64,000 nt of DNA from Terracidiphilus sp. (GTDB lineage Bacteria; Acidobacteriota; Terriglobia; Terriglobales; Acidobacteriaceae), in NCBI GenBank assembly GCA_036490385.1, contig DASXDX010000034.1, positions 122,474 through 186,473 of the forward strand. The letters are read 5' to 3'. A program made the position numbers and the translations under genes. Below the pieces are notes generated by a model. That model had not been told where the DNA came from, ran no database searches, and was given only the letters and a program-made list of their open reading frames with translations. The stretch's first letter is position 1. Each line of letters begins with the position of its first letter. Of the stretch, positions 18,167-27,538 are shown one piece after another.

Positions 18167-19036
18167 ATGCCCATTCTAATTCCATCTCCGGCAGACTGTG
18201 CCGCGTACCCGCGCCGCATCGTTTGCCTGACCGACGAAACAACTGAAACGCTCTATCTGCTGGGCGAGCAGGACCGGATCGTGGGCATCTCGGCTTACGC
18301 GAGCAGGCCGCCCGAGGCGCGAAGCAAGCCGCGGGTCTCCGCATTTCGCGACGCGAATTTCGACAAGATCCTGAACCTCGCTCCAGATCTTGTTCTGGCT
18401 TTTTCCGACGTGCAGGCCGAGATTACGCGCGAGCTGGTCCGGCGCGGCGTGACGGTGCTGCACTTCAACCAGCGCAGCATCGCTGAAATTCTGGAGATGA
18501 TCGCCGTGCTCTCGCGGCTCGTGGGAAAACAAGCTGAAGGCGAGAAGCTGATTGCTGATCTGGTGCGCGGCCTCGATGAGATTGCGGAGTCCGCAAGACG
18601 ATTTCCACGCCGGCCGCGCATCTTTTTTGAAGAATGGCCTGATCCGCTCATCAGCGGAATCCAGTGGGTTGAGGAGCTGATCGAGATCGCCGGCGGTGAA
18701 GTTCTCTTTCCTGAACTGCGGCTCTGCGGCAAAGCCGAGGGCCGTGTCGTAGATCCGGCGGCCGTGATTGCGCGCGATCCCGAGGTGATTCTCGCCTCGT
18801 GGTGCGGCATGAAGGTGAAGAAGAACGACATCGTTGCGCGTCCGGGATGGGAATCGATAACTGCGGTGCGCAATGGAAGTGTCTATGAAGTGGAGTCCGA
18901 GGGTATTCTGCAGCCTGGCCCCGCCTCACTCACTGAAGGCGTGCGGCAGGTGCATGCAATTCTCGCCCAGGTTTTGGGCGTCGATGTGCCGCCCGCGCTC
19001 ATGCCCGCTGAAACAATCGGTGACGGCCTCCTGTAA
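18167..19036 (+). CDS. Periplasmic-binding-protein type 8 (BtuF/FhuD-like, cobalamin or Fe-chelate binding) without recognisable signal peptide
   Basis: RRIVCLTDETTETLYLLGEQDRIVGIS ... NFDKILNLAPDLVLAF ... PDPLISGIQWVEELIEIAGG ... DPEVILASWCG follows the helical-backbone PBP pattern. The N-terminus MPILIPSPADCAAYP has no hydrophobic core. Confidence 0.65.
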   Translation: MPILIPSPADCAAYPRRIVCLTDETTETLYLLGEQDRIVGISAYASRPPEARSKPRVSAFRDANFDKILNLAPDLVLAFSDVQAEITRELVRRGVTVLHFNQRSIAEILEMIAVLSRLVGKQAEGEKLIADLVRGLDEIAESARRFPRRPRIFFEEWPDPLISGIQWVEELIEIAGGEVLFPELRLCGKAEGRVVDPAAVIARDPEVILASWCGMKVKKNDIVARPGWESITAVRNGSVYEVESEGILQPGPASLTEGVRQVHAILAQVLGVDVPPALMPAETIGDGLL

Positions 19037-19064
19037 AATTTGATGAGGAAGCGGGGTAACTCTT

Positions 19065-19895
19065 ATGGCGCACTCTCACGCCGTGCCTTCGCCGGTAGCA
19101 TTGCCCGGCGTTTCGAAGATCGTCGCAGTCGGTTCCGGCAAAGGCGGAGTGGGCAAAACCACGGTGGCCGTCAATCTGGCGATCGCGCTCTCCAAACTCG
19201 GCCAGCGTGTGGGCCTGATCGACGCCGACATCTACGGACCGAATGTGCCGCTGATGATGGGCTCGACGAAGCAGCCCACCGTCGGCGCAGGCAACATCAT
19301 CGAGCCGAACCTGACGCACGGGATCAAGACCATCTCCATCGGCTACATCTCGCCCGGCGACAAGCCGCTGGTGATGCGCGGCCCGATGCTGCATCAGATC
19401 ATCCGCCAGTTCCTGCAGCAAGTGAACTGGGGCGAGCTCGATTACCTCGTTGTGGATCTGCCTCCGGGCACTGGCGATGTGGTGATCTCGCTGGTGCAGA
19501 CCGTGCCTCTCACCGGCGCGGTGGTGGTTTCAACTCCCAGCGATGTGAGCCTCGAAGATGCGCGCAAGGCGCTGGCGATGTTTGCGCAGGTGAACGTCGA
19601 GGTCTTGGGCATTGTGGAAAACATGAGCCACTTCACCTGCCCGCATTGCCACCATGAGATCGACATCTTCTCGCGCGGCGGGGCGGAACGCACGGCGAAG
19701 CAGTTCAACGTGCCGTTTCTCGGTTCCATCGAACTGATCCCCGCGATTCGCGAAGGCGGAGACCGCGGATTGCCGGTGGCGCTGGCCGGGCCGAAGAGCC
19801 CGCAGGCAGCGGAGTTCTATGCGGCCGCGCAAAAACTGATGGAGCGCGCTGAAGCCGCCGCGGCAAACGCGAAAGACGTGATCGAGATTCAGTGA
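19065..19895 (+). CDS. apbC: Mrp/NBP35 (ApbC) iron-sulfur cluster carrier ATPase
   Basis: Deviant Walker A GSGKGGVGKTTVAVNLA, the segment DYLVVDLPPGTGD and the CxxC motif FTCPHCHHEIDIF. Confidence 0.9.
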   Translation: MAHSHAVPSPVALPGVSKIVAVGSGKGGVGKTTVAVNLAIALSKLGQRVGLIDADIYGPNVPLMMGSTKQPTVGAGNIIEPNLTHGIKTISIGYISPGDKPLVMRGPMLHQIIRQFLQQVNWGELDYLVVDLPPGTGDVVISLVQTVPLTGAVVVSTPSDVSLEDARKALAMFAQVNVEVLGIVENMSHFTCPHCHHEIDIFSRGGAERTAKQFNVPFLGSIELIPAIREGGDRGLPVALAGPKSPQAAEFYAAAQKLMERAEAAAANAKDVIEIQ

Positions 19896-19907
19896 AGCTC
19901 TTGCGGC

Positions 19908-19948
19908 GCAACAAAAAAAGCGGGGCGCAAGCCCCGCTTTTTTGTTGC
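19908..19948. terminator. Bidirectional rho-independent terminator
   Basis: gcaacaaaaaaa-GCGGGGC-gcaa-GCCCCGC-ttttttgttgc is a perfect palindrome with A and T runs, located between convergent stops. Confidence 0.85.
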
Positions 19949-19957
19949 GGTTGCCGA

Positions 19958-20266
19958 TTACCGCCAGTGGCCTTCGATCAGGACCCAGCCGCCGTGGCGA
20001 TGAACCCAGTGATGGGGAACCCATACCGCGCCGGGATGGGGCGGATTTTCATAGTGGCCGGGATGCCACCTATAGTGCGCGCCGTCCCACTCGTGATAGC
20101 CGCCTTGCCAAACCCACCCGGGATGCGGCGGCGGACCGTAATGCTCGTGAACCGGCGGGGGCGGACCGATGCGCACAGTAACCTGTGCCATCGACGCCGC
20201 AGGAGCCATGCAGAGTGCGAGCAGCAGTGTAAGAGCAATTTTCTTCACAGAAACCTTGTCCTCCAT
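19958..20266 (-). CDS. Small secreted protein with W/G/H aromatic repeats (YXWGXW-repeat-like)
   Basis: Signal peptide KKIALTLLLALCMAPAASMA, followed by HPGWVWQGGYHEWDGAHYRWHPGHYENPPHPGAVWVPHHWVHRHGGWVLIEGHW. The start (ATG 20266 or a nearby GTG) is uncertain. Confidence 0.55.
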   Translation of the reverse strand: MEDKVSVKKIALTLLLALCMAPAASMAQVTVRIGPPPPVHEHYGPPPHPGWVWQGGYHEWDGAHYRWHPGHYENPPHPGAVWVPHHWVHRHGGWVLIEGHWR

Positions 20267-20437
20267 TCGTGTGTACTCTTCCGGAATCATGCATCCGTTC
20301 CGGATACATCTTATGAACTCGCTAACGCGCGGATAGTTGCTTTTTGAAACGCGCAAAGGCATTCTATGTCACGCGGCGCCTTCGAGGTAATTCAATTTTT
20401 TCTTGCAGATGAAGACCTTATCTCACGCGGGCTTACG

Positions 20438-21742
20438 TCAGGCAGCGGGCATTTCGGTCTCCCTGGGTTCAAACAGATTCCCCAGGCGTTGGATTTGCGC
20501 GCCCACGCCGCGCAGCTTTTCTTCAATGCGCTCGTAGCCGCGGTCCATGTGATACACGCGGTCGAGAATCGACTCGCCGTCGGCCACCAGAGCAGCCAGC
20601 ACAAGCGAAGCGGAGGCGCGCAGATCAGAGCACATCACCGCGGCTGCAGAAAGCGGCGCGGGACCGCGCACCGTGGCGGCGCTTCCATCCACCTTGATGT
20701 TGGCGCCCATGCGCACCAGTTCCTGCACGTGCATAAAGCGGTTTTCGAAGATATTCTCGCGCACCATGCTCACGCCCTCAGCCTGTGTGGCCAGCGCCAT
20801 ATATTGCGCCTGCATGTCGGTTGGAAATCCCGGATATTCTTCGGTGGAAATATCGGCCGCGCGCAGCTTCTCGCCGGCGCGCACGCGCACTCTATCGGGC
20901 CCAACTAGATCAACGCGCGCGCCCGCCTCTTCCAGCTTGGCAATCACGGCGCCCAGATGTTCGGGATTGCAATGCGTGACCAAAAGATCGCCGCCCGTGA
21001 TGGCGCCGGCCACAAGAAAGGTTGCGGCTTCGATACGATCTGGATTGATGCGGTAGTGCGCGCCGCACAAACCGGTCACACCCTTGACGCGGATGGTCGA
21101 TGTGCCTGCGCCTTGAATCTGCGCGCCCATGGCGGTAAGCAGGCCGGCAAGATCGGATACTTCCGGCTCGCGCGCGCAATTTTCCATCAAAGTTTCGCCT
21201 TCGGCCAAAACGGCAGCCATCAGCAGATCCTCAGTGCCGGTGACGGTAATCTTGTCGAAGACCAGGTGCGTGCCGCGCAGGCGGTCGGCGCGGGCTTCAA
21301 GGTAGCCGTGCTCCTGCGTAATGACTGCGCCCATTTTTTCGAGGCCTTTGATGTGCAGGTCAATGGGCCTGCCGCCGATGGCGCAGCCGCCCGGCATGGC
21401 GACTCGCGCCATCCCACAGCGAGCCACCAGCGGACCCAGAACCAGCGAGCTGGCGCGCATGGTCTTGACGATCTCGTACTTGGCCACCGGGTCAGAGAGC
21501 GTGCGGCAACTGATCGTGGTGCGGTCCTGCGCCTCGCCTTCGCGCAGATCCACTTCAGCGCCCATCGAGGCGAGCAGCTTCCGCTCGGTTTCGATATCAC
21601 GCACCTGCGGCATGTTCTCGAGCGTGATCGCCTCGTCGGTAAGAATCGCGGCAGCCATGCATGGCAGTGCCGAGTTCTTTGCGCCCGAAACACGGATAGC
21701 GCCGGTCAATGGATTGCCGCCGCGAATAACAAATTTATCCAT
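20438..21742 (-). CDS. murA: UDP-N-acetylglucosamine 1-carboxyvinyltransferase
   Basis: [34 protein letters not shown]; the active-site loop region [14 protein letters not shown]; 434 aa of full-length MurA-like sequence. Confidence 0.93.
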   Translation of the reverse strand: MDKFVIRGGNPLTGAIRVSGAKNSALPCMAAAILTDEAITLENMPQVRDIETERKLLASMGAEVDLREGEAQDRTTISCRTLSDPVAKYEIVKTMRASSLVLGPLVARCGMARVAMPGGCAIGGRPIDLHIKGLEKMGAVITQEHGYLEARADRLRGTHLVFDKITVTGTEDLLMAAVLAEGETLMENCAREPEVSDLAGLLTAMGAQIQGAGTSTIRVKGVTGLCGAHYRINPDRIEAATFLVAGAITGGDLLVTHCNPEHLGAVIAKLEEAGARVDLVGPDRVRVRAGEKLRAADISTEEYPGFPTDMQAQYMALATQAEGVSMVRENIFENRFMHVQELVRMGANIKVDGSAATVRGPAPLSAAAVMCSDLRASASLVLAALVADGESILDRVYHMDRGYERIEEKLRGVGAQIQRLGNLFEPRETEMPAA

Positions 21743-21967
21743 AGATGAAAGACGAATCGGAAAGGCAACGCTCTCCTGACGATCTGATTTTCCAAGTGTA
21801 CATGCGCAGCGCTAGGGACCCTTGCGCCAGGAACCGGGCACGGCACGCCTGCGCGAGAGTATGCGGCGCGTCACGGATATCGGGCAGGGATCGAATACAG
21901 ATCTAAGAAAGGTCGAGCGCCGCACTGAAGATGTCGCAGCGCTCGATAGGCTCCGTGATCGCAGGTC

Positions 21968-23002
21968 TCAATTCTGGGAAACTGCACCGGACGCCGTGGG
22001 AGCGTCGCTTGAATCCGGCTGCGCATCCTGCGCGGGCTGAGTTGCGGCTCCCGGCTGCGCGCTTGCTGCCGCGGGCGCCTGTTGTGCCAATACCGCCAGG
22101 CTGAGCGGTTCCGTCAGCGAAAATTGCAGCGCCGTGCCGGATGCGAGCGTTGCCTGCGGATGATCGATAAGCAAGTGTGCCGTGACCGCGCCCGCGCCAA
22201 TCAAAGTGCCGGCGAGCGCACCTGCGGGTCCAGCAAGAATTGCGCCGGTGACCGCTCCCGCCCCCACCGCACCGCCATACTCGATGCCGTCTTTCTTGAG
22301 ACGCGAATCGGGAGTGACACTTCCCTCGGCTCCCACGCGGGTATTCGAACCCGGAGCTCCGGTCAGCTGGGCATAGAGGCGATAGCGCGAGCCATCGGGC
22401 AGAATCACGGTCTCGGGGCGCAGCAGCATGGAACCATGGCCGCCCGTGTGGCCCGTCGAAACCTGAACGATGGTGCCGTCGATCTCGGCTCCGGCAGGAA
22501 TCAGAATGTCATTGCCGCGGAAGACATCCGAGGCCACGCGTGTGCGGAAGGTGTCGCCGGGCCGGCTCTGAGAGGTGGAAAGCCGGTCGAGCAAGCGAAC
22601 GCGAATCTGAGTGCCCTCGCCCAATTCACCGGGCGGAAGTGGACCGGGGTGCACAATATCGCCGTCGGGATCGCTGCTCTCCGCACGCTCATTCAGCGCC
22701 GGCTCCGTTGAGGAGTCGGGCACAACCTGCACGACGCCATCGGCGCCGCCCTGAGCCGGAGCGGTGGAAAACGATTGGGCCGGAGCGGACTGCGGCTGAA
22801 CCGGCGCTGCGGGCTGCGCGTAGCGCGCTGCCGGAGGCTTGACTGCCGGCGCCGGCGACGTGTTGTCGATGATGGTGTCGTCCGGGGGCGGACTCGAAGT
22901 CCCGGCGTAGGGGTTCGACTGCGAGGTCTGGGCCGCCACAGCGGTTGCGGCAGCAACTAACGAGACGCATAACAAGGCGCACACGAGAGGGGCGCGGTTC
23001 AT
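21968..23002 (-). CDS. Secreted Pro/Ala-rich protein with C-terminal glycine-zipper segment
   Basis: Signal peptide MNRAPLVCALLCVSLVAAATAVAAQ, then a P/A/Q-rich low-complexity region, a beta-rich core (GTQIRVRLLDRLSTSQSRPGDTFRTRV...IPAGAEIDGTIVQV) and GGAVGAGAVTGAILAGPAGALAGTLIGAGAV. Confidence 0.5.
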   Translation of the reverse strand: MNRAPLVCALLCVSLVAAATAVAAQTSQSNPYAGTSSPPPDDTIIDNTSPAPAVKPPAARYAQPAAPVQPQSAPAQSFSTAPAQGGADGVVQVVPDSSTEPALNERAESSDPDGDIVHPGPLPPGELGEGTQIRVRLLDRLSTSQSRPGDTFRTRVASDVFRGNDILIPAGAEIDGTIVQVSTGHTGGHGSMLLRPETVILPDGSRYRLYAQLTGAPGSNTRVGAEGSVTPDSRLKKDGIEYGGAVGAGAVTGAILAGPAGALAGTLIGAGAVTAHLLIDHPQATLASGTALQFSLTEPLSLAVLAQQAPAAASAQPGAATQPAQDAQPDSSDAPTASGAVSQN

Positions 23003-23288
23003 CTTGGACTCCTTCGAGACGCTTATTCGCGGGCAGAAACTCCCCATGCAATTTAGACCCGGAACCGCGTCAATAGTTGCGCAAACGGCGAGCGGGTAAG
23101 AGCACGAGGGCGCTACGCGCAGAATGCACCTATGAGCAGGCTAGCGCGTTCGCGATCCGCAAGAAGCACGGGGCAGGCTGCGGGTGCCTTCTACGGTACG
23201 AATCGAGATGGTTAATCCCGCGTGCGCCATAAGAAGACCCGCGCCGGTGTGACCCCTCATACACAGCGGTGGAAGTCCGGTTTGTTAG

Positions 23289-24746
<1,458 letters not shown>

Positions 24747-24787
24747 ATTCGTGGCACGAAGAGACTGAGTTCGTGGCGTGAAGAACA

Positions 24788-24819
24788 GAAAGGGGAGGGA
24801 TCTATTTCCTCCCCTTTTC
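24788..24819 (+). terminator. Rho-independent terminator after eno
   Basis: aaa-GGGGAGG-gatctattt-CCTCCCC-tttt. Confidence 0.7.
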
Positions 24820-24884
24820 TGGGCTCCGAGTTGGTTGCCGCTGGACAACTGAGAACTGTGAACTGAAAGCTGTGAACTGTTTCT

Positions 24885-25877
24885 CTACCAGTAGGTCAAG
24901 CTCAGATTATCGAGATACGTCGTGTTCGACGACTCAAAGCGATCCCCATCCATCTGGTAGTTCACGGTAACGCCATACCAGCTTGCCGGCACGGCATACG
25001 GAGAAAGCGTCTTGTTGATATTCGCCGTAATGCCGTTCAGTGTGATGGTCTGGAACAAGAGAGTGTTGTCGTCCTCGCGCTGCACTTGAATGGTCACGTG
25101 ATTCCATGCGTTATCGATCAGCTGGCACGGCGCTCCAGTCGACTTCCAGCCGGAGTTGGCGCTGATGTCCCAATCGCCATCGCCGAGATGGTTGCACTGA
25201 TTGCCCCACGTCCACGCCATTGAATTCATGTACAGGTTGATGTCGAACTCCAGCACCTGCGTCACCGAGGCGTCGGTCACGTAAAAATCGGCGTCGTAGA
25301 CGAAGTTATGGATGGTCGGCAGCAGCGTGTGATTGTTATCCGGCAGCCCCTGCGAGGAGAACTGGCCCAACACCGGATTCGTCCACAGCACGTCGGCATA
25401 AGGGGTCGTCCCGCTGATTTGGAATTGGGCCGCGTTGCCGCTTAACGAAGGCGACGCAACGCCCTGTGTCAGGTTCCAGGTCACGCCGGAGCACGGCGCA
25501 TCGCAATCCGAATAAACCGGAGCCAGCTGGCCCCAGCTTTCCCACCCCGGGCTATTTTGAATGTTTGAGAGCGTCGTTGCCCCCGCTGGAACTGTCGAGG
25601 GAGGTGTCGACGGGGTCGATGGGGGCGTCGTCGGCGTCGAGGGAGGCGTCGTCGGGGTCGAGGGCGGAGTCGACGGGGTCGAGGGCGGAGTCGACGGGGT
25701 CGATGGGGGAGTCGACGGAGGCGTAGAGGGGGACGTCGACGAAGGAGTCGACGGTGAAGACGAGGCAGGTGTCGAGGGCGTCGAGGTCGAGGCGTTTGAA
25801 GTGACTGGCAATGCACCGCCGCATCCCGTGAGCGCCAGGGCGCAAGCCGCCACCATAAACCAGAAAAATGTTTTCAT
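24885..25877 (-). CDS. Lipoprotein with long Pro/Thr/Ser linker and C-terminal beta-rich (lectin/jelly-roll-like) domain
   Basis: Lipobox MKTFFWFMVAACALALTGC. About 70 aa of (STP/PSTP) repeats follow, then a ~230-aa domain rich in W/N/T/Y that ends LDNLSLTYW. Confidence 0.6.
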   Translation of the reverse strand: MKTFFWFMVAACALALTGCGGALPVTSNASTSTPSTPASSSPSTPSSTSPSTPPSTPPSTPSTPPSTPSTPPSTPTTPPSTPTTPPSTPSTPPSTVPAGATTLSNIQNSPGWESWGQLAPVYSDCDAPCSGVTWNLTQGVASPSLSGNAAQFQISGTTPYADVLWTNPVLGQFSSQGLPDNNHTLLPTIHNFVYDADFYVTDASVTQVLEFDINLYMNSMAWTWGNQCNHLGDGDWDISANSGWKSTGAPCQLIDNAWNHVTIQVQREDDNTLLFQTITLNGITANINKTLSPYAVPASWYGVTVNYQMDGDRFESSNTTYLDNLSLTYW

Positions 25878-26146
25878 TGGATAGAAACTGCTCCAACTCC
25901 GGAGCAGGCAAATCGGGGCCAGTGGTTCAGGCGGACTCCGGGCACGGAGTCTCTCCCTTACCCCCTGGTGGGTTTTTCCCCTGATCTGCGGGATCTGCTT
26001 CCTGAAGATGAGTTAAATCTAATCCAGGGTAACCATAGAAAGCGGTGACGAAAATCACTCAATTGGGTTACTAACAAGGCGCGGCTGAGAGACAATGGGT
26101 GCGAAATTGCTAAAAACGCGATTAGAATCCCCGGCCGGTTCTCCAA

Positions 26147-27217
26147 CTAGCTGTGCGAGAGCCGCACAACCGCCGCATCCACTGAGTCTTTCATCCGTCC
26201 ATCGGAGCTCTTCAACTCCTGCTGCAAGGTTCTGAAAAGCGTGAGCGATCCGGCTCGATCGCCGCTCACTTCGAGCAGGTTGGCATGGATAAATGCATGG
26301 GCGAGATCGTGATTTTCCTGGTCGGGATTCTCATCGAGCCATAGGTAGGTCTTCCACTCTTCGTCCGGGGGCACGGCCGAAAGCGACTCCGCAAGCTCGC
26401 CGGGCTCGGTGACGACCGGATCGAAGCAGAAGCTCAAAATCCGGCTCTTGTACTCACTGTCGAGCGATTCGCTCCCCTTGCGCATATCATTGGCGACTCT
26501 GATTTGGGCGGCTCTCGCTCCCTTCCGGTCGAGATACGTGAGCGCTCCCATTTCGAGCCGTCTCACGAACGGGCGCGCTTTGCCGGTCGCCGCGGCCACG
26601 GCGAAGTAACTCATCGCCTGGGCGAGATCGCCGTTATTTTGCAGAATCCAGTTGCCCAGCATCGAGTTCGCATACACGTTCTGAGGATCGAGCTTCAACG
26701 CGGCGCGCAGATTCTGCTCCGCGGCCGGCCCGAATTCTCTCTCCGCCATGCTTTGGTTCAGCCAGTGCGCCCAGCCGACATGAGCCAGAATGTCCGGCAT
26801 CTGCGCCCGGCCGGCGCGCGAGAGGCCTCCGTCGAGGATGGGCAGGATCTGGTCCAACATCGCCGCTGCCGTTGCGGCTGTACTCTGCCCTTCCGGCGCT
26901 GCCGCGTGAAAATCCTCCGCCCACTGCTCCGCCGTGCTCAGCTCGAGGTCGAGAGCGGGGCGGTAGGCCGGCTCTTCCTTCAGGATCTCTTGGTACGTCG
27001 CTATCGATCCCTGGTAGTCTCCCTGTTCGGCCTGCGCCTTCGCCAGAGCCATCCGGGCCGTGCGCTCAGACGCGGCCGCGTGGTGGCGCACAAGCCATGT
27101 CACCCCACCGGCGAGACTGGCGCCCAGACCGATCAGCGCAGTAATGCGGCCCACCCAGCTCATCGCTGCGGGCCATCCCCTGGAGTCCGGTTCCGAATTC
27201 GGCGCTTTGTCTTTCAT
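26147..27217 (-). CDS. Membrane-anchored TPR-repeat protein
   Basis: From the ATG at 27217 there is a hydrophilic N-terminus and one TM (WVGRITALIGLGASLAGGVTWLV). TPR-like repeats follow (AKAQAEQGDYQGSIATYQEILKEEPAYRPAL; NLRAALKLDPQNVYANSMLGNWILQN). Confidence 0.55.
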   Translation of the reverse strand: MKDKAPNSEPDSRGWPAAMSWVGRITALIGLGASLAGGVTWLVRHHAAASERTARMALAKAQAEQGDYQGSIATYQEILKEEPAYRPALDLELSTAEQWAEDFHAAAPEGQSTAATAAAMLDQILPILDGGLSRAGRAQMPDILAHVGWAHWLNQSMAEREFGPAAEQNLRAALKLDPQNVYANSMLGNWILQNNGDLAQAMSYFAVAAATGKARPFVRRLEMGALTYLDRKGARAAQIRVANDMRKGSESLDSEYKSRILSFCFDPVVTEPGELAESLSAVPPDEEWKTYLWLDENPDQENHDLAHAFIHANLLEVSGDRAGSLTLFRTLQQELKSSDGRMKDSVDAAVVRLSHS

Positions 27218-27447
27218 ACGATGTACAAACCGGGAGACTGGCTGTGTCGATTCGCGGAGAGCGTTCGAACTCAATCCCGCACAATATCTGGCACGCTGCC
27301 GGCGCTCGATTTGGAGCGTGATCAACGGCCAGAACCCGGAGCCCTTGGGAAATGAGATTTCATGCTATTACGAGGCGCATGGCAGCGGCAATCGAATTTG
27401 TGCTGGCTATGGAGATCATCCTCCTCACGTCGGAAGGCAATCTCAAA

Positions 27448-27505
27448 GAAGAGGCCCCATCCTCCAAACGCAAAATGCGCGGACGATGGGGCCTCTTCTG
27501 TTTCG
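27448..27505 (-). terminator. Probable terminator hairpin downstream of the FecR-like gene
   Basis: gaagaggccccatc ... gatggggcctcttc forms a 14-bp stem with a 23-nt loop. On the minus strand it is followed by tctttgag, a weak U tract. Confidence 0.4.
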
Positions 27506-27538
27506 CAATGATTTCCAGCACCCGATTACAGGACCGGA

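Noticed and set aside
23085-23285. RNase P RNA-like strings: aaacggcgagcgggtaagagcac resembles the GGUAAGAGC region, and acagcggtggaagtccgg resembles the ACAGAACCCGGCUUA or GGAAAGUCCGG boxes.
   Set aside because: The universally conserved GAGGAAAGUCCGGGC box is absent upstream. The available space (about 310 nt) is short. The resemblance is a few bases only. I also compared the region with cobalamin riboswitch boxes and found no GCCACUG B12 box. It is kept only as an unassigned candidate RNA region.
25590-25800. Regularly spaced short repeats that could be mistaken for a CRISPR-like array.
   Set aside because: The units are contiguous with no unique spacers. They lie inside an open reading frame and translate to a Pro/Thr/Ser linker. 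I found no cas genes and no true repeat-spacer array anywhere in the window.
25958-26146. 62-aa minus-strand ORF between the lipoprotein gene and the TPR gene.
   Set aside because: It has no RBS and no motif. It lies in an AT-richer promoter-like spacer and abuts the next gene's stop, so it is probably non-coding.
27241-27300. The string gttcgaactc, reminiscent of a tRNA T-loop.
   Set aside because: The flanking bases do not form a T-stem, and no acceptor or anticodon arms can be drawn on either strand. No tRNA was found anywhere in the window.
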